In this document: piece by piece, positions 8,712 to 19,538 of the stretch | How the letters are laid out: each line of letters opens with the position of its first letter | Position numbering within the stretch: the first letter of the stretch is position 1 | Source: an uncultured bacterium | Lineage (GTDB): Bacteria; Fidelibacterota; Marinisomatia; Marinisomatales; UBA1611 | Direction: 5' to 3' | DNA length: 64,000 nucleotides | NCBI GenBank assembly: GCA_943788175.1 | Contig: CALSPG010000001.1 | Location: forward strand, 160,001 to 224,000 | Made by a program: the position numbers and the translations under genes | Notes under the pieces: generated by a model | What the model was told of the DNA's origin: nothing | What the model saw: the letters and a program-made list of their open reading frames with translations, nothing else | Databases searched by the model: none

Positions 8712-10538
8712 ATGTCTTACAAAGTATTATCACTAAAATGGCGCCCACAAACGTTTGACGATATTGTTGGCCAAGATCATGTCACAAAAACATTGATTAA
8801 CGCGTTTAAATTAGATCGAGTTGCTCAGGGATATATGTTTACTGGTCCTAGAGGTGTAGGCAAAACTACAACCGCAAGAATTTTATCTAGGGCCCTCAAT
8901 GCTGAGGGTGGGGCAAAATATGATTTTGATCCGAGTTCAAATTTATCTTTAGAGATTGCAGAAGGTCGCGCACTTGATGTTTTAGAAATTGATGGCGCTT
9001 CCAATCGAGGAATTGAAGAAATTAGAAACCTAAGGGAACAAATTAAGTTTGCACCGATGGTTGGAAATTATAAAGTAATAATTATTGATGAAGTGCATAT
9101 GTTAACTAACCCTGCTTTTAATGCTTTATTAAGGACACTAGAAGAGCCTCCATCTCACGGTAAATTTATTTTCTGTACTACTGATATCCATAAAGTTCCA
9201 GCTACGATAATTTCTAGATGCCAAAGATTCGATTTTAATCGAATTTCAACTGATACTATAATATCAAGAATTAATTTTATTCTTGATAAAGAGTCAGTTT
9301 CTTATGATCTAGATAGTCTTCAAATAATTGCAAGAAAAGCAGATGGAAGTATGAGGGATGCCCTGAGTATTTTAGATCAAGTTATTAGCTTTTGCGGTTC
9401 AGAAATTAATCATGATAAAACAGTCATTGCACTTGGTGTTATACCAACTGATTTATATTTTGATTATACCAATGCACTTTTAAGTAAAAATGGAGGAGAA
9501 CTGCTTTCATCTTTAAGTAAATTTTTAAGCTTTGGTGTCCCGGCCGAAGAAGTCGTTAATGGTATATCTAATCATATAAAAAGCTTACTTTATGCTCAAA
9601 TAGATAAAGGAAAAGACTTGCTTGATATGAACCAAGAAAATAAGAAAAAATATATTTTGCATTCATCAAATTGGGATAACCGAGATTTATTAAGATGTAC
9701 CCAAGTATTAATGGATGTATCTAGTCATATTAGGCGTTCAGACGATCCATACTTATTGCTTGAATTTACATCACTCAAATTATTAGAAATGGATAAGTCT
9801 GTTTCGCTTGAGAGCTTACTTGTTTTGCCATCGAATGAGGTTGATGATGATAGTCTCTCTAACAACATAAATGAACAGGAAATTGCAAAAGTTCAAGAAT
9901 TAGTCATTAAAAATAATGATACTAATCTTCCAGGGAATGTCAAAGTTGATGAAAAATCTAATGATAAGAATAAAAGAGAAGATATAAGCGAAGTGGAAAT
10001 TGAAGTTTCTTCAGATAAAAAAGAGCAGGTTGAAAAAATCGATATTATAGATCAAAAAGTTTTATCAGATTCAATAGCTGAAGAAAATAGTGAAACTAAA
10101 ATAGAAAACATTGAACCTAAAGAAAACTATTTCGATAATGAAAGTAATCCCGTTACAAAAACATCAAAAAAAATCGATTTAAAAGCTATCAATGAAAAAT
10201 GGAAAATATTCATTGATAGTGTGCATATTAAAAAGCCTTCGATAGCTTCAATTTTAGATAAAAGTAAACCAGTAGAAGTATCTGGTTCAGATGTTGTTTT
10301 CGAAATTAATAGTACTCTAGACTTCCATGTTAGCATGATAGAAAAAAACCGAGATATTATTAATGAAATACTATCTGAAGAGTATGGTATTGGCACTGGT
10401 TTTAAAGTTTTAAAAGGTAGTAAAAAAAATATTAAGAGTCCAGTAGATCAAGTTCTTACGAATGCAACAGACTCAGAACAGGATGAGAAAGTAAGAGATA
10501 AAGTTGTTGACCTCTTCGACGGAGAAATTTTAACCTAG
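8712..10538 (+). CDS. dnaX: DNA polymerase III subunit gamma/tau
   Basis: KWRPQTFDDIVGQ, GPRGVGKTT, EIDGASN, IIDEVHML, SRCQRFDF. Confidence 0.97.
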   Translation: MSYKVLSLKWRPQTFDDIVGQDHVTKTLINAFKLDRVAQGYMFTGPRGVGKTTTARILSRALNAEGGAKYDFDPSSNLSLEIAEGRALDVLEIDGASNRGIEEIRNLREQIKFAPMVGNYKVIIIDEVHMLTNPAFNALLRTLEEPPSHGKFIFCTTDIHKVPATIISRCQRFDFNRISTDTIISRINFILDKESVSYDLDSLQIIARKADGSMRDALSILDQVISFCGSEINHDKTVIALGVIPTDLYFDYTNALLSKNGGELLSSLSKFLSFGVPAEEVVNGISNHIKSLLYAQIDKGKDLLDMNQENKKKYILHSSNWDNRDLLRCTQVLMDVSSHIRRSDDPYLLLEFTSLKLLEMDKSVSLESLLVLPSNEVDDDSLSNNINEQEIAKVQELVIKNNDTNLPGNVKVDEKSNDKNKREDISEVEIEVSSDKKEQVEKIDIIDQKVLSDSIAEENSETKIENIEPKENYFDNESNPVTKTSKKIDLKAINEKWKIFIDSVHIKKPSIASILDKSKPVEVSGSDVVFEINSTLDFHVSMIEKNRDIINEILSEEYGIGTGFKVLKGSKKNIKSPVDQVLTNATDSEQDEKVRDKVVDLFDGEILT

Positions 10539-10548
10539 GAGAATAATT

Positions 10549-10872
10549 ATGTTTAAAGGAAATATGTCAAAAATGTTAAAACAGGCTCAGGATATGCAAA
10601 AGAAAATGGAAGGAGTTCAGTCAGAACTCTCAGATATTATCGTAGATTCTGAATCTGGGGGTGGAATGGCCAAAGTGAAAATCAATGGGCAGTTAGAAGT
10701 TTTAGAATTGCATATCGATAAGGAATGCTTAAAAGAAGATAAAGAAGTAGTTGAAGATTTGATTATTTCGGCTGTCAATAAAGGTATATCTAAAGCTCAA
10801 GCAGCAGCGAAAGAAAAAATGAGCTCAGTTACTGGAGGCATGCTTTCAGGTCTCAATTTACCAGGCCTCTAA
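10549..10872 (+). CDS. ybaB: YbaB/EbfC nucleoid-associated protein
   Basis: MLKQAQDMQKKM..SGGGMAKV..EDLIISAVN; between dnaX and recR. Confidence 0.93.
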   Translation: MFKGNMSKMLKQAQDMQKKMEGVQSELSDIIVDSESGGGMAKVKINGQLEVLELHIDKECLKEDKEVVEDLIISAVNKGISKAQAAAKEKMSSVTGGMLSGLNLPGL

Positions 10873-11466
10873 ATGCCATTATATCCTAAACCTGCTAGCC
10901 TGCTAATAGACCAATTATCAAAGTTACCAGGTGTTGGCAAAGCAACAGCGCAAAGATTAGCTTTTTTCATACTTAAATCTGATAGTCATGATAATATTAT
11001 TTTAGCTAATGCTATAAAAGAAATAAAAGAAAAAATAAGATTTTGCAAAGATTGTGGTATCATGGCTGAATCAGAGGTTTGTACTATATGTTTAGACCAT
11101 AGTAGAGATAGTTCTCTGATTTGTGTTGTTGAAGAGCCTCAAGACATTTACTCCTTTGAAAAAACTAATTCATTTAAAGGTAGATATCATGTTTTAGGTG
11201 GTGTTTTGTCTCCATTAGATGGTATAGGGCCAGATGAATTGAATCTTGAAAGCCTTTATAATAGAATTAAAGGTGGTATGGAAGTGATTTTGGCGACAAA
11301 TCCAAGCGTAGAGGGTGATACTACCTGTTTATACTTATCACAAAAGTTGGAGAAGTTAGGTGCTACTGTAACACGCTTAGCAAGAGGTATTCCTGTCGGT
11401 AGTGACTTAGAATATATGGATGAACTTACTCTTGTTAGAGCGATGGAAGGCAGGACATCGATATGA
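10873..11466 (+). CDS. recR: Recombination mediator RecR
   Basis: LPGVGKATAQRLA HhH, C4 zinc finger, YHVLGGVLSPLDGIGP, TRLARGIPVG. Confidence 0.97.
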   Translation: MPLYPKPASLLIDQLSKLPGVGKATAQRLAFFILKSDSHDNIILANAIKEIKEKIRFCKDCGIMAESEVCTICLDHSRDSSLICVVEEPQDIYSFEKTNSFKGRYHVLGGVLSPLDGIGPDELNLESLYNRIKGGMEVILATNPSVEGDTTCLYLSQKLEKLGATVTRLARGIPVGSDLEYMDELTLVRAMEGRTSI

Positions 11467-12050
11467 ACTTGCCAAACTTATTATCGCTTATAAGAATTAT
11501 ATTAACACCTCTTTTTATTATTTTTTTGTTCTCCAATGTTCCGAATGCAAAATTTTTTGCCCTATTAGTATTTGCAATTGCAGCTATAACGGATGCTTAT
11601 GATGGTTACCTTGCCAGAAAATATAATCAAATTACTCCAGAGGGTAAATTTTTAGATCCCTTAGCTGATAAGATACTAGTTTTGTCCGCATTTATTTCTT
11701 TTGCTTTTATTGGAATAATTGATTTCTGGATGGTTGGAGTTATTATTTTTAGAGATTCATTCATTACAGGCTTGCGCTGGATTATTTCAAATAGAGGTTT
11801 TGAATTTGTTACTACAAATATATCTAAATACAAAACAGCCTTACAATTAACTCTAATTATTTTGACTTTAATTTTTTTAACTTTTGAAGGGTTGAGTATT
11901 GTCGAGTTAACACCTACGTTAAATTTAATTAGGCATTACAACATTATATATATTCTTACTTTGCTTACAGCTATATTTACTGCATATACAGGAGTTGTGT
12001 ACTTATACACGAATAGAATTATAATTAAGGAATTTATGAAAAATAGTTAA
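11463..12050 (+). CDS. pgsA: CDP-diacylglycerol--glycerol-3-phosphate 3-phosphatidyltransferase
   Basis: NLPNLLSLIRI, TDAYDGYLAR..GKFLDPLADK. Confidence 0.92.
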   Translation: MNLPNLLSLIRIILTPLFIIFLFSNVPNAKFFALLVFAIAAITDAYDGYLARKYNQITPEGKFLDPLADKILVLSAFISFAFIGIIDFWMVGVIIFRDSFITGLRWIISNRGFEFVTTNISKYKTALQLTLIILTLIFLTFEGLSIVELTPTLNLIRHYNIIYILTLLTAIFTAYTGVVYLYTNRIIIKEFMKNS

Positions 12051-12502
12051 TGAATAAAGTTTCAGAAATAATATCAACAGTTTTTTATATAGGTAGGTTG
12101 CCCTTTGCTCCTGGGACTTGGTGTAGTTTTGCAGCTTTTTTAGCATGGTTTTTTCTTCGCTTTTATATTGAAGGAGTATTTATTCTTTATGCTAGTCTAG
12201 TATTGTTTTTTATAGGTGTTGCTGTATCTACCATTCATGCTGAATCTCTTAAAGATGAGGACCCTTCAGAAATTGTTATAGATGAATGGGTTGGTCAATG
12301 GATAGCGCTGTGGATGGTACCACATTCTTTTATTTGGGGTTTTGTATCATTCTCTTTTTTTCGAATATTTGATATTTTTAAGCCAGGACCCGTACAATCA
12401 ATGGATGATATAAAATCAGGGACAGGTATTATGATGGATGATGTTATTGCAGGGATTCTTGCACTCCTGGTAACGCAAAGCCTATTTTATTTTATCGGAT
12501 GA
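12050..12502 (+). CDS. pgpA: Phosphatidylglycerophosphatase A
   Basis: PFAPGTW, DPSEIVIDEWVG, FRIFDIFKPGP, GIMMDDVIAG. Confidence 0.95.
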   Translation: MNKVSEIISTVFYIGRLPFAPGTWCSFAAFLAWFFLRFYIEGVFILYASLVLFFIGVAVSTIHAESLKDEDPSEIVIDEWVGQWIALWMVPHSFIWGFVSFSFFRIFDIFKPGPVQSMDDIKSGTGIMMDDVIAGILALLVTQSLFYFIG

Positions 12503-13710
12503 GGGTCGCAGTATTAACGATTGGAAATGAGCTTTTATCCGGAAAGACAGTAAACACCAATGCAAGCTGGATAAGCAATATCCTTAGTTCAGAGGGTGCA
12601 TGTATTAATCGCCATTTAACTATTCCTGATGAAAAAGAGGCTATAATAGATGGCTTAGATTTGCTATTTAAATCAAAAATAGATTTAATTGTTTGCACTG
12701 GGGGTCTTGGACCGACTGATGATGACATTACAAGAGAAGTAGTATTTGACTATTTTGGAAGTGAAGAAGTTTTTGATGATAGCTATTGGAATTATTTATC
12801 AGATAAATTTTTAAATGCTGGATATGAGTTGTTCGAAAGTAGCAAGTCGCAAGCTATTATTCCTAATAATGGGGATATTATTCCAAATGATCTAGGTTCT
12901 GCAAGGGGACTACTTTATAAAAAAAATAATACAACGCTAATGGTTCTGCCAGGTGTGCCAATGGAAATGAAAGGTATGGTATCTCATTCAATAATTCCTT
13001 GGGTTAAAAACAAAATAGTTTCAAAAATATATTCTGTTAATTTGCGAACAACAGGAGTTCCAGAATCCGTTTTATTTGAAAAGGTAAAGAAATTTGATTT
13101 TAATTCCGAATATCTAAATGTTGGATATTATCCTTCTCTGTATGGTGTAGATTTACGTATTTCACATACGGATAAAAAATTACTTGATCAATTTAGAAAT
13201 TTAGTTTATCAATCTATTAATAAGTATATTTATACGGTCGGTAATGAAAGCATAGAATATGTTTTAGTAAGTGAATTATTAAATCAAAGACTTACAATAT
13301 CCACAGCAGAATCATGCACAGGTGGTTTAATCGGTAATAGACTAACAAACGTTCCCGGTAGTTCAGAAATTTATTATGGTGGATTAATTACATATAGTAA
13401 TCAATCAAAAAAAAATGATTTAGATGTTTCGGCTAAAAGTATTCAGGATTTTGGTGCTGTAAGTAAGGAAGTAGCATTACAAATGGCAAAAAATATAAGA
13501 GCTAAATTTAAAACCAATATTGGGGTTTCTGTAACTGGGATCGCTGGTCCTGGAGGTGGAACAGATTTAAAGCCTGTTGGATTAGTCTATGTAGGATATT
13601 GCGATGAAAACATATTAAAAGTGAAAAAATTTAATTTCACTTCTAATAGAGAATCAAATAAAATTCGTACCAGCCAAGCAGTGTTTAATTTTATTTTGAG
13701 TATGATTTAA
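12499..13710 (+). CDS. cinA: Competence/damage-inducible protein A (MocF-like + PncC NMN deamidase)
   Basis: IGNELLSG..NTNA, TGGLGPTDDDIT, AESCTGG, TGIAGPGGG. Confidence 0.95.
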   Translation: MRVAVLTIGNELLSGKTVNTNASWISNILSSEGACINRHLTIPDEKEAIIDGLDLLFKSKIDLIVCTGGLGPTDDDITREVVFDYFGSEEVFDDSYWNYLSDKFLNAGYELFESSKSQAIIPNNGDIIPNDLGSARGLLYKKNNTTLMVLPGVPMEMKGMVSHSIIPWVKNKIVSKIYSVNLRTTGVPESVLFEKVKKFDFNSEYLNVGYYPSLYGVDLRISHTDKKLLDQFRNLVYQSINKYIYTVGNESIEYVLVSELLNQRLTISTAESCTGGLIGNRLTNVPGSSEIYYGGLITYSNQSKKNDLDVSAKSIQDFGAVSKEVALQMAKNIRAKFKTNIGVSVTGIAGPGGGTDLKPVGLVYVGYCDENILKVKKFNFTSNRESNKIRTSQAVFNFILSMI

Positions 13711-13713
13711 TAT

Positions 13714-14290
13714 ATGGAAAAAAAAACTTCTTCGAACTTTTATATCGATACCATTGCCTCATGTAGTCAAGAGTGTTAAGCAAATGCTTACATCTACTTT
13801 TGAAACTGATAGAGTAAAAATACGTTGGGTAAAACATAATAATTTACATCTTACTTTGCACTTTTTAGGTTTTACTCCAGAGGACGATATCCCAATGATT
13901 GAAAAAGAAATATCAGATGTCATTAGCGATCGTAAGCCTTTTGATTTAACAATTTCGCGGACAGGGTGTTTCCCTGATAGTTTAAAACCATCAGTTTTGT
14001 ATCTAGGAGTAGACAATGATTTGAAAGCTCTTAACGATTTAGTCAATAAACTTTCGTTAAAAATGACTACTCTTGGTTATAAACGTAGAGATGAAAATTT
14101 CACTCCTCATGTTACTATAGGTAAAATTAATTACCCTCAGAAATTTAAGCCAGATCTATCAATCTTTTTAAATTCTAGTTATGAAAATATTCAATTTTCG
14201 GTAGATAAAATTCAGTTGTTGAGTAGTGAGGTTTTATCTGAGGGTGTTGTTTATAATATTTTAAATACGTTCTCACTTTCAAAAAATTAA
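13714..14290 (+). CDS. thpR: RNA 2',3'-cyclic phosphodiesterase (2H family); apparent +1 frameshift in A9 run at 13718-13726
   Basis: Two HxT motifs (LHLTLHFLG, FTPHVTIG). Removing one A restores MEKKLLRTFISIPLP, the usual N-terminus; ORF track starts at 13754. Confidence 0.85.
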
Positions 14291-14308
14291 TTAAAAAGGA
14301 ATTATCAA

Positions 14309-15322
14309 ATGTCAACAGATTCAAAAAAAGAAAAAGCTCTAGATTTAGCTATTAATCAAATCGATCGCCAATTTGGAAAAGGCGCCATAATGAAAATGGG
14401 TGGTAATCACATTAGTATTAGTGATAATGTAATATCAACTGGCTGTCTATCATTAGATGCTGCTCTAGGTGTTGGAGGAGTTCCAAAAGGAAGGATTATC
14501 GAAATATTTGGTCCAGAGTCATCAGGAAAAACTACGCTTACATTACATGTGGTTGCGGAAGCTCAAAAAGCAGGCGGTTATGCAGCTTTTATTGATGCTG
14601 AGCATGCAATGGACCCTGAATACGCAAAGAACCTAGGCGTTAATCTCGATGAACTACTTGTGTCTCAACCAGATTCTGGCGAACAATCTCTTGAGATTAC
14701 AGAAACGCTTGTAAGGAGTGGTGCACTTGATGTTATTGTAATTGATTCTGTAGCTGCATTGGTCCCGAGAGCTGAGCTTGAAGGAGAAATGGGCGACTCA
14801 CATATGGGTTTACAAGCTAGATTAATGTCTCAAGCATTAAGAAAACTCACTGGATCGGTGAATAAATCAAACACTACTGTGATTTTTGTAAATCAAATTA
14901 GAGAAAAAATTGGAGTTATGTTTGGCAATCCTGAAACCACACCTGGAGGGAGAGCGCTTAAATTCTACTCATCTGTTAGGATGGATATAAGGAGAATTAC
15001 CAGTCTAAAAGATGGTACTAATATGGTGGGTAATCGTACAAGAGTAAAAGTTGTAAAAAATAAAGTTGCGCCACCGTTTAAAATGACAGAATTTGATATT
15101 ATGTATGGTAAAGGTATATCAAAAGAAGGTGATATTATTGATCTTGCAATTCAAGGTGAGATAGTTGAAAAAATGGGTGCGTGGTTTTCGTATGGTGATA
15201 TGAAAATTGGACAGGGTAAAGAAAATTCTAAAAAGTATCTTTTAGATAATCCTGATATATATAAAGAAATAATTGAAAAGGTTAAATCTTTTATGGGTAT
15301 CAATGCTGACGAAAAAAAATAA
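14309..15322 (+). CDS. recA: Recombinase A
   Basis: [39 protein letters not shown]. Confidence 0.99.
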   Translation: MSTDSKKEKALDLAINQIDRQFGKGAIMKMGGNHISISDNVISTGCLSLDAALGVGGVPKGRIIEIFGPESSGKTTLTLHVVAEAQKAGGYAAFIDAEHAMDPEYAKNLGVNLDELLVSQPDSGEQSLEITETLVRSGALDVIVIDSVAALVPRAELEGEMGDSHMGLQARLMSQALRKLTGSVNKSNTTVIFVNQIREKIGVMFGNPETTPGGRALKFYSSVRMDIRRITSLKDGTNMVGNRTRVKVVKNKVAPPFKMTEFDIMYGKGISKEGDIIDLAIQGEIVEKMGAWFSYGDMKIGQGKENSKKYLLDNPDIYKEIIEKVKSFMGINADEKK

Positions 15323-15944
15323 AATACTATCAGTATATCCAAAAAAGAAAAAAAAAGAAATATTTGTTGTAGAATTTGCTGATGGCTCAGTTTGTGAGCT
15401 TTCAAAAGATATCGTTCTTTCAGAATCAATTCATGTCGGTGGTACAATAAGTAGCCTTGATTTTGAAAAAGTTTTAGAAAAGCACGCATATCATCAAGCC
15501 CAGAGCGCTGGACTGAATTTACTTAGTTATCGTATGCGCAGTAAAAAAGAGCTCTACGAGAAGCTTACCAATAAAAATATTGATAAAGCAATAATTGCTA
15601 AAGTCGTCGCAAAGTTTGAAACTGAAGGCTGGATAGATGACTTTCAATTTGGTATTGCATTTTCAAAAGACCACATAAGAAGAAATTCTATTGGCCCTAT
15701 TGCTTTGAAGTACAAACTTAAAGAATATATAGATTCTGATGACTTAATAAAAAGTGTTATGGAAAAAGTGTATAAAGAGTTTTGTCTGGATGGTATAATC
15801 TTAAGTGTATTAAAAAAGTTTAATCCTGAAGAAATCAGTTCTAACAATAATTTAAAACAGAGAGTAATTAATAAGTTAAAACGTAAGGGCCACTATTGGC
15901 AGGATATTAATGAATCAATTAATCAATATCTTGATAGAGCTTAA
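15303..15944 (+). CDS. recX: Regulatory protein RecX
   Basis: [32 protein letters not shown]; overlaps recA end; ATG 15303 preferred. Confidence 0.85.
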   Translation: MLTKKNKILSVYPKKKKKEIFVVEFADGSVCELSKDIVLSESIHVGGTISSLDFEKVLEKHAYHQAQSAGLNLLSYRMRSKKELYEKLTNKNIDKAIIAKVVAKFETEGWIDDFQFGIAFSKDHIRRNSIGPIALKYKLKEYIDSDDLIKSVMEKVYKEFCLDGIILSVLKKFNPEEISSNNNLKQRVINKLKRKGHYWQDINESINQYLDRA

Positions 15945-16131
15945 TGATTGGTTTTTGTAAAATAAGCAGCACTTAAAGTATTAGATTATGTAGGATGTAG
16001 TTCTCTGGCGTGTTACTTCAAGGTTGTTGTAAAGTTACTATTTAAAATAATACGCTATTTAAAACTTAATTTTAAGTAAAGAATATATATCTTGATATTG
16101 TTAAGTTTAAAAATAAATAAAAATCGCAGAT

Positions 16132-16222
16132 AAAAAAATTGGGGCAAACTTCACAATGACCTCGGAACACAGTGAACGTTTACCCCTTCCACATACCAAA
16201 GGTACCAAACCAGCACCTCTAT
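16132..16222 (-). ncRNA. Candidate structured small RNA (two hairpins plus U-tract), family unknown
   Basis: GC-rich island in AT-rich spacer; hairpins AGAGGUGC/GUACCUUU and GGGGUAAAC..GUUUGCCCC then AAUUUUUUU; upstream TTGACT-N17-TATTTT on the minus strand. Confidence 0.45.
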
Positions 16223-16304
16223 ATCTAAAAAATATATTATAATAGTTTATTAGTCAAGGGAATTTTTAATTAATCTTTAGGCAAGTAAAGATTTTTTTGT
16301 AGTG

Positions 16305-16388
16305 TACCGAGGGAGGGACTCGAACCCCCACGGGCTTGCACCCACCAGATTTTGAGTCAGGCGCGTCTACCAATTCCGCCACCCCGGC
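16305..16388 (-). tRNA. tRNA-Leu (CAA)
   Basis: Reverse complement GCCGGGGTGGCGGAATTGGTAGACGCG-CCTGA CT CAA AA TCTGG-long variable arm-GGGGGTTCGAGTCCCTCCCTCGGTA; CCA not encoded. Confidence 0.96.
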
Positions 16389-16557
16389 ATTATACACCCA
16401 AAATAGAGCCAAAATTATTCTATTAGTTAGCTATGTGTCAAGGTATTGGTTTGATTGTTATAAAAATATTTAAGGTTTATTTTTTTACTATATATAATAT
16501 CATTGTTATTAACTTATTTGTGTTAATTCTTTGTAACTAAAATGAAGGAGTAAGTAA

Positions 16558-18336
16558 ATGAGCTACACGCCTAGTTTTCTGATTGATAATAAAACCAAAT
16601 ACCCCAAGGAACCTGCATTATCTATAAAAGTTGATGGTGTCTGGGAAACCATGAACTGGGCTGAATACTATAGTTACGTAATTGAAATATCTAAGTCTTT
16701 AATTGCTCTAAATCTCGAGGTTGGAGAAAAAAGTGCAATTTATAGTTATAACAGAAGAGAGTGGTTTGGTTGCTATAGTGCGATGCAGCTTTTAAATTGT
16801 GTCTCTGTAGCTGTTTATCATACTTCATCCTCTTCAGAAGTTGAATGGATTGTTGGAAATTCAGATTCTAAAATTGTATTCGTTGGCCACAATCCAAATG
16901 ACAACGATGAAGATGATAAAATGCCAATTAATCGACTGCTTGCTATCCTAGAAAAGCTTGAGACTGTTGAAGTCGTTGTCCTAATGGGGGTGGATGTAAA
17001 AGCGCCAAATAGTGGTAAAATAATTAATTGGGAAGAATTTATAAAAAAAGGTGTTGATATTTCCGATGAGCAGGTTGAAAAAAGAATGAAAAGTATTGAT
17101 GCCAATGATACCTCCTCTTTAATTTATACATCAGGCACAACGGGTAACCCAAAAGGTGTTGAATTAACTCACAATAATTTTAAAGTTGAACTTGATTCTG
17201 TCGGTCATGTTTTAAAATTTGATCAGGGGGATAGGTATGTCTCTTGGTTGCCTTTAGCTCATGTTTTTGGTCAACTAGTTGACAATCATTATTGGGTAAG
17301 GCGTGCTTTGCATATGTCGATTGTAGATAGTCCTTTAAACACTATTGATTATGCTAAAGAAGTTCAACCTCATTTATTTATAAGCGTTCCTCGTATCTAC
17401 GAAAAAGTTTATTCCAATTTAAAAGCAGCTATAAAAACGAAGCCGATTTTAAAAATAGGGTTAAAAATACCAGTTCTTTCATCTGTTTTTAAGAAAAAAT
17501 TAAGAGAAGCTGCAGGTTTTGGTAGTAATAGGTTCTCAATATCGGGAGCCGCACCAATAAACCCTGAAATCTTAGAATTTTTTCATTTCTTAGGTATCCC
17601 TATTTATGAAGGTTATGGTATGACGGAAAATACAGCTGGAATATCAATAAATTATCCAGGCAATAATAGAATTGGTTCGGTTGGTAAATGTATGCCTTAC
17701 TTCGACCTCAAGATTTCTCATGATGGTGAGGTTTTAATTAAGGGCGGCAATGTAATGAAAGGTTATTACAAAAATTCTGATTCAACAGAAAAAACAATTA
17801 TCGATGAATGGTTGTATACTGGCGATGTTGGAAAGATTGATTCAGATGGTTTTTTGTTTATCACCGGAAGAAAAAAAGAAATTTATGTAAGTTCCAGTGG
17901 AAAAAATATTGCTCCTTTAGTTATTGAAGAATGTATGAAATCTATTCCAATCGTATCGCAATGCTTTTTAGTCGGAGATAATAGAAAATATTGTTCTGCA
18001 TTAATAACACTTGATATGAGTGTGATATTAAGAGATAATATCGGGATTGAACCAAACAGTATCCCAAAGGACCCAACAAAACAAAATAAATTGATTGTTG
18101 AAAATGGTAAAACCCTTTCAGATTACACAAATAGTAAAGATGTTTTTGAAAGTATTCAAGAACAGATTGAAAATCTTAATCAGAAATTTTCTAGTCCTGA
18201 ACAAATTAAAAAGTTTTCAATCTTACCACGAGATTTTTCTATTGATGATGGCGAACTGACTCCAACTTTAAAAATTAGAAGAAAGCAAATCAATGAAAAC
18301 TGGTTAGATACAATTGAATCGCTTTATAAAGAATAA
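16558..18336 (+). CDS. fadD: Long-chain fatty acid--CoA ligase (AMP-dependent synthetase)
   Basis: IYTSGTTGNPKG, YEGYGMTE, WLYTGDVG, ELTPTLKIRR. Confidence 0.9.
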   Translation: MSYTPSFLIDNKTKYPKEPALSIKVDGVWETMNWAEYYSYVIEISKSLIALNLEVGEKSAIYSYNRREWFGCYSAMQLLNCVSVAVYHTSSSSEVEWIVGNSDSKIVFVGHNPNDNDEDDKMPINRLLAILEKLETVEVVVLMGVDVKAPNSGKIINWEEFIKKGVDISDEQVEKRMKSIDANDTSSLIYTSGTTGNPKGVELTHNNFKVELDSVGHVLKFDQGDRYVSWLPLAHVFGQLVDNHYWVRRALHMSIVDSPLNTIDYAKEVQPHLFISVPRIYEKVYSNLKAAIKTKPILKIGLKIPVLSSVFKKKLREAAGFGSNRFSISGAAPINPEILEFFHFLGIPIYEGYGMTENTAGISINYPGNNRIGSVGKCMPYFDLKISHDGEVLIKGGNVMKGYYKNSDSTEKTIIDEWLYTGDVGKIDSDGFLFITGRKKEIYVSSSGKNIAPLVIEECMKSIPIVSQCFLVGDNRKYCSALITLDMSVILRDNIGIEPNSIPKDPTKQNKLIVENGKTLSDYTNSKDVFESIQEQIENLNQKFSSPEQIKKFSILPRDFSIDDGELTPTLKIRRKQINENWLDTIESLYKE

Positions 18337-18342
18337 AGTTAA

Positions 18343-19338
18343 GTGTCAAAGAAAATAATAGCATTTATAGGCTGCGGTTCTTGGGGTGCAGCATTGGGTG
18401 ACGTCCTTTCAAAAAAAGGTTATAACATCCAATTTTGGCACCGCAATTCAGACACATGTCATGCAATGAAAATTTCAAGGAAACACTACTTATTGCCCAG
18501 CATCGTTTTCGGAAAAAATGTTACTTTTCATTCAGATATAAATCTTGCTTTAGATGGCGCAAAATATATTATACTGGCTGTGCCTTCACAGGCCATGAGA
18601 TCTGTTGTTTATCGAATAAAAGACAGTCTTAACCCTAAAAGTTATATCGTCAATGTATCTAAAGGGATTGAAAATGAAACATTGAAAACCATGAGCAAGG
18701 TAATATCAGAAATAGTAGGGGAAATTCCAAACTTTGTGACTCTGTCTGGTCCAAGTCATGCTGAAGAAGTCGTCAGACAGAAACCAACTGCTATTGTATC
18801 AGCATCAAATAATATTCTAGCAGCAAAAGAAATTCAAAATCTTTTTTCAACAAACAAGCTTCGAGTCTATACAAATCAAGATTTGATTGGTGTCGAAATT
18901 GGTGGCTCAGTAAAAAATGTCGTTGCGATTGCCGCTGGGTTTTGTGATGGTTTTGGTTACGGTGACAATACAAAAGCTGCTCTTATAACTCGTGGAATTA
19001 ATGAGCTTTCTAAACTTGGTGCATGTTTTGGTGCTAATACTGAAACATTTTTTGGTCTTGCTGGGATTGGTGATTTAATTGTCACTTGTAGTAGTGTGCA
19101 TAGTAGAAATAGAAAATTAGGTGAAATGATAGGGAAAGGGAGTGATTTGGAAAGTGTTTTAAACCAAAGTCATATGATAGTGGAGGGAGTAAAAACCGCG
19201 TTCTCAATAAAAAAAATATGTGAAAAATTTGATATAGAAATGCCGATTTGTGAGGCCGTTTTTAAAGTACTATACAAAGATTCAGATCCCGAGAAAGAAG
19301 TCGATTTACTGATGACAAGAAATCTTAAGTCAGAATAA
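18343..19338 (+). CDS. gpsA: NAD(P)H-dependent glycerol-3-phosphate dehydrogenase
   Basis: GCGSWG, SKGIE, SGPSHA, KNVVAIAAG, GDLIVTC..SRN. Confidence 0.96.
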   Translation: MSKKIIAFIGCGSWGAALGDVLSKKGYNIQFWHRNSDTCHAMKISRKHYLLPSIVFGKNVTFHSDINLALDGAKYIILAVPSQAMRSVVYRIKDSLNPKSYIVNVSKGIENETLKTMSKVISEIVGEIPNFVTLSGPSHAEEVVRQKPTAIVSASNNILAAKEIQNLFSTNKLRVYTNQDLIGVEIGGSVKNVVAIAAGFCDGFGYGDNTKAALITRGINELSKLGACFGANTETFFGLAGIGDLIVTCSSVHSRNRKLGEMIGKGSDLESVLNQSHMIVEGVKTAFSIKKICEKFDIEMPICEAVFKVLYKDSDPEKEVDLLMTRNLKSE

Positions 19339-19441
19339 CTGGTTAAAACTTAAACTAATTTGTCCGAACATAGATTATATTTTGATTTTACTAATAGTAA
19401 AGTAATTTTGGATGATATATTAGTCAATAAATTATTTATAT

Positions 19442-19513
19442 ACCCTCGTAGTTCAACGGATAGAACAAGTGCCTCCTAAGCATTAGATGCAGGTTCGATT
19501 CCTGCCGAGGGTA
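19442..19513 (+). tRNA. tRNA-Arg (CCT)
   Basis: ACCCTCG acceptor stem, TAGTTCAACGGATAGAAC D-arm, AGTGC CT CCT AA GCATT, GCAGGTTCGATTCCTGC. Confidence 0.95.
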
Positions 19514-19538
19514 CTTATAAATTTTAAAGGAAACAAGA

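Noticed and set aside
10010-10350. Programmed -1 frameshift in dnaX (gamma/tau)
   Set aside because: AAAAAAG at ~10017-10023 is in the wrong frame (AAA AAA G). A AAA AAC at ~10343 has no evident stimulatory hairpin, and A-runs are frequent in this AT-rich DNA.
15945-16130. Spacer after recX with a short direct repeat (CTATTTAAAA twice)
   Set aside because: Low-complexity AT-rich match; no ORF or convincing structure.
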